Shown one piece after another: positions 33,118 through 43,169 of a stretch of 64,000 nt of DNA. The position numbers and the translations under genes were made by a program. Within the stretch, counting starts at the first letter, position 1; the number at the start of each line of letters is the position of its first letter. Below the pieces are notes generated by a model. It was not told the origin of the DNA. It worked only from the letters and a program-made list of their open reading frames with translations, and ran no database searches. Source of the stretch: Saccharolobus islandicus REY15A (GTDB lineage Archaea; Thermoproteota; Thermoprotei_A; Sulfolobales; Sulfolobaceae). The stretch lies in the NCBI RefSeq assembly GCF_000189555.1, contig NC_017276.1; one strand, given 5' to 3'.

Positions 33118-33409
33118 ATAGCTAGAAACTCCCGTTGGGGTTCAAAAACGTGAGTATAAAAGAATTGTTATAGATTAAATAGAGTGTGGACAACAATTTT
33201 GTTAATTCAGTATAAATTGTATAAAGTATAAATTTATTTTCAATTCACCACAAGATTTATCAGTTAATAAAATATAATATTGTAATTTTAACCATGTTCA
33301 AAAGTTCTATTGTAAATCAGAGAGTTTAAATGATATAACTTTAAGGAAATTTTAACCAAATTTCAAATGAACGAAATTGTTGTCCACACTCGATTAAATA
33401 GCTAGAAAC
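33106..33409. repeat. 24-bp direct repeat GTTATAGATTAAATAGCTAGAAAC flanking a 37-bp unique insert; second copy split by a MITE
   Basis: Copy 1 is 33106-33129 and the insert is 33130-33166. Copy 2 is 33167-33181 plus 33401-33409 after removing the MITE and one TSD. Confidence 0.9.
33182..33391. mobile_element. 210-bp MITE with 18-bp perfect TIRs and 9-bp TSD
   Basis: TIR GAGTGTGGACAACAATTT (33182-33199) / AAATTGTTGTCCACACTC (33374-33391). TSD GATTAAATA at 33173-33181 and 33392-33400. AT-rich non-coding interior. Confidence 0.92.
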
Positions 33410-33448
33410 CGTTTACTTTATATATTATTTATAGTAGTTTTTATTGAT

Positions 33449-33545
<97 letters not shown>

Positions 33546-33780
33546 GCACTAAATTTCCTTAAAAAGAATGATTAAGAAACATTTCAACTTTCCTCTTGGA
33601 AGGGTTATCTAATCAATTCGGAATTCAATATGTAGTGGAGAAGATTAGATAGGTCTCCAATATAAGGTTCATGATCTTAATACAATTATGGTTTTCCTCC
33701 AAAACAAACTTTTACGGCAGAAAGTCTCACTCTTCAGAACGAGATGATAAATTATTAAAAACTCCTCTTCTATAGTGCAT

Positions 33781-34122
33781 CAGCGAATGAGACATGGTGG
33801 CCACTCCTCCTCCTACGGGGAATCCACACAAAACTAGAGGACAAACAAAATTAAGTATTACAAGAGAAAACAAATAAGCAAGGAAGGAGAAAAACAAGAT
33901 AAGCTCAGGGACACTAAGGGGATAAAACCCCCATCATATAGGCTGGCTGTGAAGCCCCTAGAAAACAAGAGGGGATCAAACCCCGTGTAGGAGGTTGTAA
34001 CCAAATTATTCTAGGGGCTGAAACATTTGACACTATTCAAGGAGAACAAGGTATTATGGCCACAAGGAATATATAGGGGCACATGATTGACACCCTTAGA
34101 TTCTCGATTCCCCAGGTTTGTT
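33781..34122. mobile_element. GC-richer, hairpin-rich probable IS remnant of unclear family
   Basis: Composition shift relative to the flanks, starts with CAGCGAAT, nested inverted repeats, abuts an IS110 end. No intact ORF. Confidence 0.3.
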
Positions 34123-34510
34123 AGCTTCCGGTATAAAAACCTTTCCATGAAAAATCGAGCATAGTATATACTACTTACGCAAGCAATTTCACCTGCTTTA
34201 CTCGCTAGCATCAAAGGGCCTATTATAATACAACAAAGCCCAAATAATAACAGCAAGCTTTCTGGCACACGCAACAATCAACTTCCTACCCCTAAGCCTA
34301 CCCTTGTGCTCCTCATAAAAACGCTTAATAATAGGATTAACCTTGATAGCAGTCAAAGCTGCAAGATAGAAAGCCCTCCTCAAAACAGCATCACCCCTCC
34401 TAGATATGCCTCTCGATACAACACTCTTACCACTAGACTCAACAAGAGGATCGAGACCACAATAAGCAACAAACCTCTTCTTATCACCAAAACGCTTAAC
34501 ATCACCAACC
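34123..34510 (-). mobile_element. 5'-truncated IS110-family element (ISC1190-like): transposase C-terminus plus 3' non-coding end
   Basis: Minus frame reads VGDVKRFGDKKRFVAYCGLDPLVESSGK...RRGDAVLRRAFYLAAL...ACARKL, stop 34198. The downstream non-coding end is shared with the copy at 45831. Confidence 0.88.
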
Positions 34511-34684
34511 TATATAGGTTTGTATGAGATCAGTAAAAATGAGCAATATTAAAAAAGCAGCAAGATTGTGTGGTCGCGTCAATATAATTAGATAATAAAC
34601 TGACATTGACAATCTATCAAGGAAGTTTAGAGATAGCTCTTATATGAAAGTGCCTTACTCTGTTTAATTATATGAAACATTTTA

Positions 34685-35623
34685 TTAATAGACTGACTTG
34701 TATCCATATAACAAGTCTCTTACGGCTTGCCTAATCACTTCTCTAGAACCCATTTTAGGTGACCAACCTATTTCCTTTGAGATTTTTGAGATGTCTAATA
34801 ACATTACTCTCACGTCCCCCGGCCATCCCCTCCCCTCAGCTGTCAAATCTTTATAAATGATTCTGGGGCTTAATCTCATTTCATCTATAACGATTTTAGC
34901 AATCTCGTCTACAGAGATCCAGTCAGTATTACCTATGTTAAAAACATCATAAATTTTGTTTACTTTTTCCTCTAACATCATAAATGCCTCTATTAAATCA
35001 TTAATATACAGATAACTTTTTCTTTGTTTTCCATTTCCTAAGATTTCTAACAAGTTTGGATTATTTCTGAGTTTTTTGACAAAATCAACTACTACCCCAT
35101 GACTTACCCTACCTCCAGTTATGTTTGCCAGCCTTGCGCTTATGCTTTTTATGCCATATTGTTCTGCGTAATACTTTACCACATTTTCACACAATAGTTT
35201 AAATAATCCATAATTAGAAATTGGCTTAAGTTCTTCTGATTCCGGAGTTGGAATTTTCTTTGTCTCTCCATACACGGTAGATGAAGAAGCAAAGATTACT
35301 TTTTCTGCATCTACTTTTCTTGCAAACTCCATTACATTTAACGTAACTTTGACATCCCTTTCGAAATGTTCCTCGATATTTATCATTGATGTTCTTACGT
35401 CGGGATTTGCAGCTAGATGATAAATTATCGGTTTTTTTTCTAACTTCTCTGTAAGCTCTACTATACTGCCTTGACGTAAGTCAAACATTATAAATTTAGC
35501 CTTCTCGTTTCTGTATCTACCATAGGTCAAATCATCAATAACTATCACTTCTAAATTTTTTGAAACTAAATAATCTACCAGATGTCCACCAATGTACCCA
35601 GCACCGCCAGTAACTATATACAT
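34685..35623 (-). CDS. NAD-dependent epimerase/dehydratase (GalE-like)
   Basis: [29 protein letters not shown] (YxxxK), GWPGDV. Confidence 0.9.
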   Translation of the reverse strand: MYIVTGGAGYIGGHLVDYLVSKNLEVIVIDDLTYGRYRNEKAKFIMFDLRQGSIVELTEKLEKKPIIYHLAANPDVRTSMINIEEHFERDVKVTLNVMEFARKVDAEKVIFASSSTVYGETKKIPTPESEELKPISNYGLFKLLCENVVKYYAEQYGIKSISARLANITGGRVSHGVVVDFVKKLRNNPNLLEILGNGKQRKSYLYINDLIEAFMMLEEKVNKIYDVFNIGNTDWISVDEIAKIVIDEMRLSPRIIYKDLTAEGRGWPGDVRVMLLDISKISKEIGWSPKMGSREVIRQAVRDLLYGYKSVY

Positions 35624-35668
35624 ATATAATGAGAATAGGATCCTTGATCTTTATTAAACTTGATGTTC

Positions 35669-35977
35669 TTAATTCTCCTTATTAGAGCTAGCTTGTTTTG
35701 TCCTCGTAAGTGCGTTGTATATTATTTTTAACGTATAATTTTTGCTCTTAATTTTCTTCACTGCTATTAAAAAATTAATCTTTCTATCTCTAGGATATTT
35801 TTTATTTTCTATAATTACTGGATCTAGACCAAGTTCTTTTAGTGTTGAGACTAATTCTTCGGTTTTTATTTTATATGGCATCCTAGCTAACCGTCTTCCT
35901 TTAGATCTAGTTGGTGAGAAAAAATATGAAGGCCAAATAACTATTCTATTTTCTTCTTTAAGATCCCTGAGACTCAT
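35669..35977 (-). CDS. srp19: Signal recognition particle protein SRP19
   Basis: VIWPSYF, RSKGRR, KKYPR. Confidence 0.9.
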   Translation of the reverse strand: MSLRDLKEENRIVIWPSYFFSPTRSKGRRLARMPYKIKTEELVSTLKELGLDPVIIENKKYPRDRKINFLIAVKKIKSKNYTLKIIYNALTRTKQASSNKEN

Positions 35978-36359
35978 TCTTTAAGAGCACCGCATTGATT
36001 ACTCCGTCTTGTCCTGGTCTCGACGTGACTACAGCTAACCCTGCCTCTGTCCTAATTTTAGCTCCTCTTATTATTATTCCTCTTCTCGCTAGTTCTTTGT
36101 TCGCTGGTGTTTCTAAGACTTCAAGAATCTTGACTTTTTTTGCAGTATTTGTTGCTGGGTCTAAGACATTAGCAGTTGTAGTATACTTTAATCTAACTTT
36201 AAAGTTCCCACCGAGCGTTCTATCTTTTATCCTTATATCTTCTGCAGACAGTGTTGTAAGCGTAGATGGATTTCCAATTTCATATTTTCTCTTATCTCTG
36301 TGTTTTCCTTTTAAACCACCAGTAATTTTCCTATTATCTGGGCCTTGGTAAAATCCCAT
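35958..36359 (-). CDS. rps8e: 30S ribosomal protein eS8
   Basis: MGFYQGPDNRKITGG, RTLGGNFKVR, VTSRPGQDGVINAVL. Confidence 0.97.
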   Translation of the reverse strand: MGFYQGPDNRKITGGLKGKHRDKRKYEIGNPSTLTTLSAEDIRIKDRTLGGNFKVRLKYTTTANVLDPATNTAKKVKILEVLETPANKELARRGIIIRGAKIRTEAGLAVVTSRPGQDGVINAVLLKNESQGS

Positions 36360-36402
36360 AACTTACGCCACTTTAAAAGTGTGTAATAAAGGATTAAAAA
36401 AC

Positions 36403-37191
36403 TTAGGCTCCAAAGTTACGTTTTCTTTTTTGAAATGACCTTATTGCTCTCCATAGGTCTATTTTTCTGAATTCTGGCCAGTAAGCTTCACAGAAGAACA
36501 ATTCAGAGTATGCTACATGCCAAAGTAAAAAGTTACTAATTCTCACTTCACCCGAAGTTCTGATTACCAAGTCAATATCATGCAACTCACTATCATAAAA
36601 GTATTTTCTGAATGTTTCCTCATTTATCTCGTTTTTACTAATTTTTCCATTTCTATAATCATCTAGAAGCCTAACGACCGCATCTAGTATTTCTTGTCTC
36701 CCCCCATAACAAATAGCTAACGTAAGTTTTCTCTTATCGTAGTTAGAGGTTTTCTCTATTACTTTATTAAGATAATCAGTAAGATCTTTGGGTAATTTAT
36801 CTAGTTTTCCAATTGCACTTACTTTAACCTCATATCTGTCTACGATGGGATCTTCTAATAATTCTTGTAGACCTCTTTTAATATATGTTGTTACTATTGA
36901 TAGTTCACTCTGTTTTCTCTTTTCACAATTTTCCGTAGAGAGTGCAAAAACTGTTATATTTTTTACACCAAGTTCCAATAACCATATTAAGACCTCTTTC
37001 AATTTTTTATAACCATAGAAATAAGCATCGTTAAGAGAAAGATTATTATTTCTAGCCCATCTTCTATTCCCATCTGGTATAATACCCACGTGATCTGGTA
37101 ATGGACCATTACGAATCTGATTCCATAATAAGATCTCATACAGTTTGTAAATAGGTTTAAAGAGAAAGTTTCTAGTCAGCTCTTTTGCCAT
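36403..37191 (-). CDS. uppS: cis-prenyltransferase (undecaprenyl diphosphate synthase family)
   Basis: [49 protein letters not shown]. Confidence 0.95.
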   Translation of the reverse strand: MAKELTRNFLFKPIYKLYEILLWNQIRNGPLPDHVGIIPDGNRRWARNNNLSLNDAYFYGYKKLKEVLIWLLELGVKNITVFALSTENCEKRKQSELSIVTTYIKRGLQELLEDPIVDRYEVKVSAIGKLDKLPKDLTDYLNKVIEKTSNYDKRKLTLAICYGGRQEILDAVVRLLDDYRNGKISKNEINEETFRKYFYDSELHDIDLVIRTSGEVRISNFLLWHVAYSELFFCEAYWPEFRKIDLWRAIRSFQKRKRNFGA

Positions 37192-38216
37192 AACTCTTCT
37201 ATTGCTAACATATACGTTTTTACTCCTATATATATTTCATCCAAGGTAATTTTTTCTTGATTAGTATGTTCTAGCATGGAATTACCAGGACCGTAGGTTG
37301 CTATACTCGTTGTTATCTTCTGTAATATGTTCATATCACTTGTTCCTGCTTTTCTTACTAACCTCGGTTTTATATTTTGTTTTAATAACGCTCTAGTTAA
37401 GGACTTTACTACTGGATTATTTATACTAACTTTAACCGGTGGTGTTTCGTCAACTATTTTAAGACCACATTCTTGGAATTTATCTTTAATCTCATTGATT
37501 AAATCGTCTCTCTTATTATTTATTGCATATCTTACATCGAAATGTAGGTATAATTTAGCAGGCGTCACATTATAGGACTCTCCTGCGCGAATTATTGTTG
37601 GTACTATTGATGGCTTATCATAATTTTCAGGCTGTTTATAAACTTCAATTATCTTTTTAGAAATATCTACGATCAGATTGCTCTTAGCTGATGAAGAGTG
37701 TTCTGGAGTACTTTCGCACATTATATCTAATTGTATTGATCCTCTGTACTCTACAACTATATCTGTACCATTTGACGGTTCTCCCACAATTATATGTTTA
37801 AAATTGAAATTTTTCAATGTAAGTTCTTTAGCTCCTATGCTAGTACTTTCCTCATCTGCTAATCCACTTACCATAACTTTTATTCCTTTCTCATTAAGTA
37901 ACCATGCAGCTATTATCATACTTATTAATGGGCCTTTTGCATCCACTGCGCCTCTTCCATAGATTACTTCGTTTTCTATCTTTGGTTCAATATATCCCGG
38001 AACGGTATCTACGTGAGATGCTAATAATATTTCTCCTTCTCCGAGTATAAACGAATTTGAGTCTGGTAGGATCTCAAGTTTAAGATTAAACTCATTAGAA
38101 ATTTTTTCAAAAAATTTGGTAGCATTTGTTTCGTTCTTTGATGGTGTATATATTGATAAAAGATCAAGAAGCAACTCTTTTGCTTTCTGTTTCACTAATT
38201 CCTTTTCTTGCTGCAT
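37176..38216 (-). CDS. lysK: LysW-lysine/LysW-ornithine hydrolase
   Basis: M20 motifs [29 protein letters not shown]; position in the lys cluster. Confidence 0.92.
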   Translation of the reverse strand: MQQEKELVKQKAKELLLDLLSIYTPSKNETNATKFFEKISNEFNLKLEILPDSNSFILGEGEILLASHVDTVPGYIEPKIENEVIYGRGAVDAKGPLISMIIAAWLLNEKGIKVMVSGLADEESTSIGAKELTLKNFNFKHIIVGEPSNGTDIVVEYRGSIQLDIMCESTPEHSSSAKSNLIVDISKKIIEVYKQPENYDKPSIVPTIIRAGESYNVTPAKLYLHFDVRYAINNKRDDLINEIKDKFQECGLKIVDETPPVKVSINNPVVKSLTRALLKQNIKPRLVRKAGTSDMNILQKITTSIATYGPGNSMLEHTNQEKITLDEIYIGVKTYMLAIEELWQKS

Positions 38217-39326
38217 CTGAAGCCCACTCCATATCTGATTGTGCTATTAGATATGGGGGTAAGAATCTTATTGTTGTAAGCCCTGCTTTTAATGATAATA
38301 CCTTTTCGTCTTGTAAGATTTTTATAGCCATCGAGGGATTAACCTTTAAGTCTATTCCTATCATTAAGCCAAGCCCTCTTATTTCCCTGACTATTTTGTA
38401 ATCTTCCAATTTCTCTTTTAAAATTCTCATAAATAATTCTCCTTTCTTTTGAGCTTGTTCTGCAATTTTTTCAGATTTAGCAACCTTACAAGCAGCAGTA
38501 ACTGCGGCAGCAGCTAATGGATTTCCTCCATAGGTCGAACCATGATCACCTTCCTCTATTTTCTCACCTATCCAATCTGGTAGAAATACTGCACTTACTG
38601 GAAAACCTCCACCAATTGCTTTACCTGCTGTTACTATATCTGGTTTTATATCAAAGTGTTGATGTGCCCATATTTTACCTGTTCTGCCAAATCCCGTTTG
38701 CACTTCATCCATTATTAATATAGCGTTAACCTTTTCCGTAACTTCTCTTAAGTTCTTCATAAACTCTTTTTTAGCCGGTATTACGCCTCCTTCACCTTGT
38801 ACTGGTTCTACTATTACTGCTGCTGTATCTTCCGTAATACTCTTTAGGGAATCTATATTATTATATTCTAAAAATTCTACTGGGCCAACTAATGGCTCGA
38901 AAGGTTCCCTATATTTTTTATTCCAAGTTACTGACAAAGCACCCATACTTCTTCCATGGAATGAATTTTTGAATGCAACAACTTTTCTCCTTTTCGTAAT
39001 TTTTCTTGCAATTTTTAATGCTAGTTCTACTGCTTCGGATCCACTATTTAAGAGGAATAAATTATCTAGGTTTTCCGGTTTCAATTCATCTAGTTCTTTT
39101 ATCATCTCCTCTCGTATTGGTGTATCAAAAGCTAAAGAGAGAGTAGAGATTTCCTCCATTTGCTTTTTCAAATAGTCTATAACAATTTTATTTCCATGAC
39201 CAAGAAACGCTACTCCATGTCCAGCGTGTAAATCTAAATATTTGTTATTCCTTTCATCCCATACATATTGACCTTCTCCTCTAACAATTTTAATGCCTCT
39301 ATCTTGATAGAATTTTAATAACTTTA

Positions 39327-39330
<4 letters not shown>
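38164..39330 (-). CDS. lysJ: LysW-aminoadipate semialdehyde/glutamate semialdehyde transaminase
   Basis: [41 protein letters not shown]. Start set to ATG 39330 (ATGA overlap). Confidence 0.93.
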
Positions 39331-40174
<844 letters not shown>

Positions 40175-40178
<4 letters not shown>

Positions 40179-40345
40179 TCTCCCCAATCCTCACCTATCT
40201 GCTCTGCTAATCTGAGTGACAATTTTCCGTTTTGTTTTACAACTTCTAATTGAGCTCCGCATTCGTGTTCAACAAGTTCTCCTGGTAACGCATCGTCTTC
40301 TACGGTTAATTCTCCACCACAAATAGGGCATTTTAGATTTACCAT
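40175..40345 (-). CDS. lysW: Amino-group carrier protein LysW
   Basis: Below the track cutoff. [56 protein letters not shown] with the C-terminal EDWGE motif. Confidence 0.96.
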
Positions 40346-40402
40346 TGAAGGTCAGTTAGATATTAACTTAGTTTTGTGTAGAAAAAGTTTTTAGTAATAA
40401 GT

Positions 40403-40419
40403 GGTACGATTTTAGAACC
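40403..40419 (-). promoter_or_regulatory. LysM operator upstream of the lysW promoter
   Basis: Semi-palindrome GGTTCTAAAATCGTACC overlapping the lysM stop, just upstream of an AAAAAC-TTTTTC BRE/TATA-like element; matches the recalled Sulfolobus LysM site. Confidence 0.8.
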
Positions 40420-40840
40420 AAGTTCTAAGGATAATAGTACTATTTGTTCCGACAACACCTTGAATACTTCTAATCTCATCTATTGTTCTATTGATTGATG
40501 TTATGTTTGTTCCCCTTACTATTACTAGAATATCATAATCTCCTGTAGTCTCATATACTACTTCAACCCCTGGAATTTTTGCTATCTTTTTAGAGATTTC
40601 CGGTGTTGGTATTTGCGGTGTAGATTGAACCATAACTATTGCTCTAATCTCATTTTCTAGCTCATATTCTATAGTGAATCTCTTAATTATACCTTGGCGT
40701 ATTAATTTCTCTATTCTCTTTCGTATCGCAGCCTCACTTACTTTAAGATCCTTGGCTATCAATGTATAAGGTGTCCTCGCGTTCTTTTTTAAAATCTCCA
40801 ATATTTTTAGATCACTCTCATCAACATTTGCATTACCCAT
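40412..40840 (-). CDS. lysM: Lrp/AsnC family regulator LysM
   Basis: HTH (NARTPYTLIAKDLKVSEAAIRKRI) plus RAM domain (ETTGDYD). Confidence 0.93.
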   Translation of the reverse strand: MGNANVDESDLKILEILKKNARTPYTLIAKDLKVSEAAIRKRIEKLIRQGIIKRFTIEYELENEIRAIVMVQSTPQIPTPEISKKIAKIPGVEVVYETTGDYDILVIVRGTNITSINRTIDEIRSIQGVVGTNSTIILRTWF

Positions 40841-41627
40841 TCACTATCACCGTCCCATTGAGTTCTAAAGCACTACTAACTGGTCTATCTTTAACTCCAG
40901 ACCCTATTATTACTTTATTTACACCATTTTCAACACTTTCAGCAGCCATTAATAACTTTCTGTTCATTCCAGGGCCTATTTTTTTAGAAAGCTCTTTTGC
41001 CTCTTCCGGAGTAAGTCTATCAACTACTTTTCCTTCCACTAATACTCCTTCCACATCTGAAAGAATCACTAACACGTTTACTTTAACAGCTTTACTTATT
41101 GCAAATGCTGCTTGATCTCCATCAATGTTTAGTGGTGTGCTCTCTTCAATATCTAGGGCTAAAGGTGATACTACTATTATGTCAAATAATTTCATTAAAT
41201 GATTAATAACTTCACTCCTTACTTCTTTTACCTTACCTGTATAACCACCCTCAATTATTCTTTTCTTTCCTCTTTCGTCAATTACAATTATTCTTTTCTT
41301 TCTTTCTGCAAGCAGTAAGCCTCCATCAACACCTGTAATACCTATCGCGTTTTTACCTAAGCTGCATAATTTTGAAGTTATCGTTTTATTTATAAGGCTC
41401 ATTGCCATAATGTAAACTTCTAATTCTTCTTTTGTGGTGTATCTGCTTCTTATACCTTCAGGTGATGTTACGAAAACTGGTTCAATTCCCAATCTTTTAG
41501 TATAATCGGTTACAATATCTCCTCCGCCATGCACTAAAATTACCTTATCGTTTATATTTGCTATATCTAAGATTACCTTATCTAACGAGTTTTTTACTAC
41601 TCTTCCACCTATTTTAACCACTATCAT
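40833..41627 (-). CDS. lysZ: LysW-aminoadipate/glutamate kinase
   Basis: VVKIGG, VHGGG, NIDGD, SDVEG, GPGMNRK. Confidence 0.93.
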   Translation of the reverse strand: MIVVKIGGRVVKNSLDKVILDIANINDKVILVHGGGDIVTDYTKRLGIEPVFVTSPEGIRSRYTTKEELEVYIMAMSLINKTITSKLCSLGKNAIGITGVDGGLLLAERKKRIIVIDERGKKRIIEGGYTGKVKEVRSEVINHLMKLFDIIVVSPLALDIEESTPLNIDGDQAAFAISKAVKVNVLVILSDVEGVLVEGKVVDRLTPEEAKELSKKIGPGMNRKLLMAAESVENGVNKVIIGSGVKDRPVSSALELNGTVIVNG

Positions 41628-41628
41628 T

Positions 41629-42687
41629 TTAGGCAGGCCTCAAGGGTACTAGTTTTAATCCATCATCTTCATTAAATCCCATAGAGATATTAAAGGCTTG
41701 GACAGCCTGGCCAGCCGCACCCTTCATCAAGTTATCTATAGCTGAGAATGCTGTTAGTCTTGAAATTCTTTTTTCCACAGCAAATCCTATGTCACCGAAG
41801 TTGCTTCCGATAACGAATTTTGGATCAGGATATGGGTGTATATTACCTCTAACTATTCTGATGAATCTCTTGCCTCTATAAAATTCGGCTATTTTTTTCC
41901 ATATTTCAATCTCTTCTATCTCATTAGATAGCCATGTATGTGCAGATGCTAAAGCCCCTCTGATGCTGCTCACAGCATGAGGGACAATACTTACGCTTAT
42001 ATTCGCTTTAGCTATTCTAGATAGTTCTTGTTCAGCTTCTGCTGCATGTCTGTGTCCTTCGGCTTCATAAGGTCTAATTGCATTTTGTCTCTCCGGATGA
42101 TGACTTCCTTCTGAAGGTTTAGCTCCCCCTTCACTACTGCCTACCTTTACATCACTGATAAACTTTTTCTCATCAGTTATTTTTGATGCTACAACTGGGG
42201 CTAGTGCTAGTATTGTTGCTGTGGCATTGCATCCTGGGGAAGCTATAAGTTTAGCATTTCTTAATTCCTCGAAATGCAACTCTGGTAGTCCATATACTGC
42301 TTTGTCTAATAGATCTGGGTAAGGATGTTCATAGTTATACCATATTTTATAAAGTTCGGGATTCTTGAGTCTAAAATCTGCACTCAAATCCACTACCGTT
42401 AATCCTAAATCCAGTAATTTGGGTACGTAATTTAGCGATACTCCATGTGGTAGAGCAAGAAAAATTGCGTCGGCTTTGTCTGAGATTTTATCTATCGAGA
42501 AATTTGTGAAATTAAGCGATAATAGCCCTCTTAAATTCGGATGTACCAATGATACCGGTTTTCCTGCATATTCTCTAGAAGTTATGGCTGATATTTCTGT
42601 CTTCGGATGTGTAACTAGTATTCTTAGTAACTCTCCACCCGTGTATCCTGAACCTCCCACTACGGCAACTCTAACTCTATCTTTCAT
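41629..42687 (-). CDS. lysY: LysW-aminoadipyl-phosphate reductase
   Basis: GGSGYTGGE, DLSADFRL, ASPGCNATA, DNLMKGAAGQAVQ. Confidence 0.94.
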   Translation of the reverse strand: MKDRVRVAVVGGSGYTGGELLRILVTHPKTEISAITSREYAGKPVSLVHPNLRGLLSLNFTNFSIDKISDKADAIFLALPHGVSLNYVPKLLDLGLTVVDLSADFRLKNPELYKIWYNYEHPYPDLLDKAVYGLPELHFEELRNAKLIASPGCNATATILALAPVVASKITDEKKFISDVKVGSSEGGAKPSEGSHHPERQNAIRPYEAEGHRHAAEAEQELSRIAKANISVSIVPHAVSSIRGALASAHTWLSNEIEEIEIWKKIAEFYRGKRFIRIVRGNIHPYPDPKFVIGSNFGDIGFAVEKRISRLTAFSAIDNLMKGAAGQAVQAFNISMGFNEDDGLKLVPLRPA

Positions 42688-42740
42688 TAAACTAACTATT
42701 GCAGTTTAGGTTATATATAGTTTAATGTATATAGATATTT

Positions 42741-43169
42741 GTGATGAGTGTTAACACTGATGAGCTAAAAAAATTCCTTGAGAACAAGATTGCAAGCCTG
42801 AGAAAAGAACTTGAATTTTATGAGTTTTTATTGAGTATTATAGAATCCGGCTATTTACCTACTATAAAGGGTAATAAAGGTAGTATAGAGTATATAAAGA
42901 ATAAAAGAGGTGAAATTTTAGCCGAGATCTATTTTACACCTCCCGTTGCAAAATTTGTTATAAAAAACAAGATCACATTAACCAAGTCATATTTTTCCGC
43001 ATTAAGTAAAATTCTAGAATCAGAGAAGGAGTTGAATAAAATAGATTATACTATCGAAATGGATAAAAATGATCTAAGAGAGATAATTTTAAAAAATATA
43101 AATAGCGAAATAATCTATAATAAGATAAAAACGGGTATACAAGCTATTTTAGAGCGTGCTACTGGCTAA
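42741..43169 (+). CDS. Hypothetical protein with N-terminal coiled coil
   Basis: 142-aa ORF divergent from lysY, host-like codon usage. Confidence 0.7.
   Translation: MMSVNTDELKKFLENKIASLRKELEFYEFLLSIIESGYLPTIKGNKGSIEYIKNKRGEILAEIYFTPPVAKFVIKNKITLTKSYFSALSKILESEKELNKIDYTIEMDKNDLREIILKNINSEIIYNKIKTGIQAILERATG

Noticed and set aside
33106-33409. Calling this a bona fide functional CRISPR array
   Set aside because: Only two repeats, one overlapping a coding end and one broken by a MITE. No leader or cas genes, and I cannot match the repeat to a known family. Kept as a repeat feature and a hypothesis.
34011-34527. Track ORFs 34011..34277 (-) and 34306..34527 (+)
   Set aside because: Alternative-frame or antisense readings of the IS110 fragment and its non-coding end.
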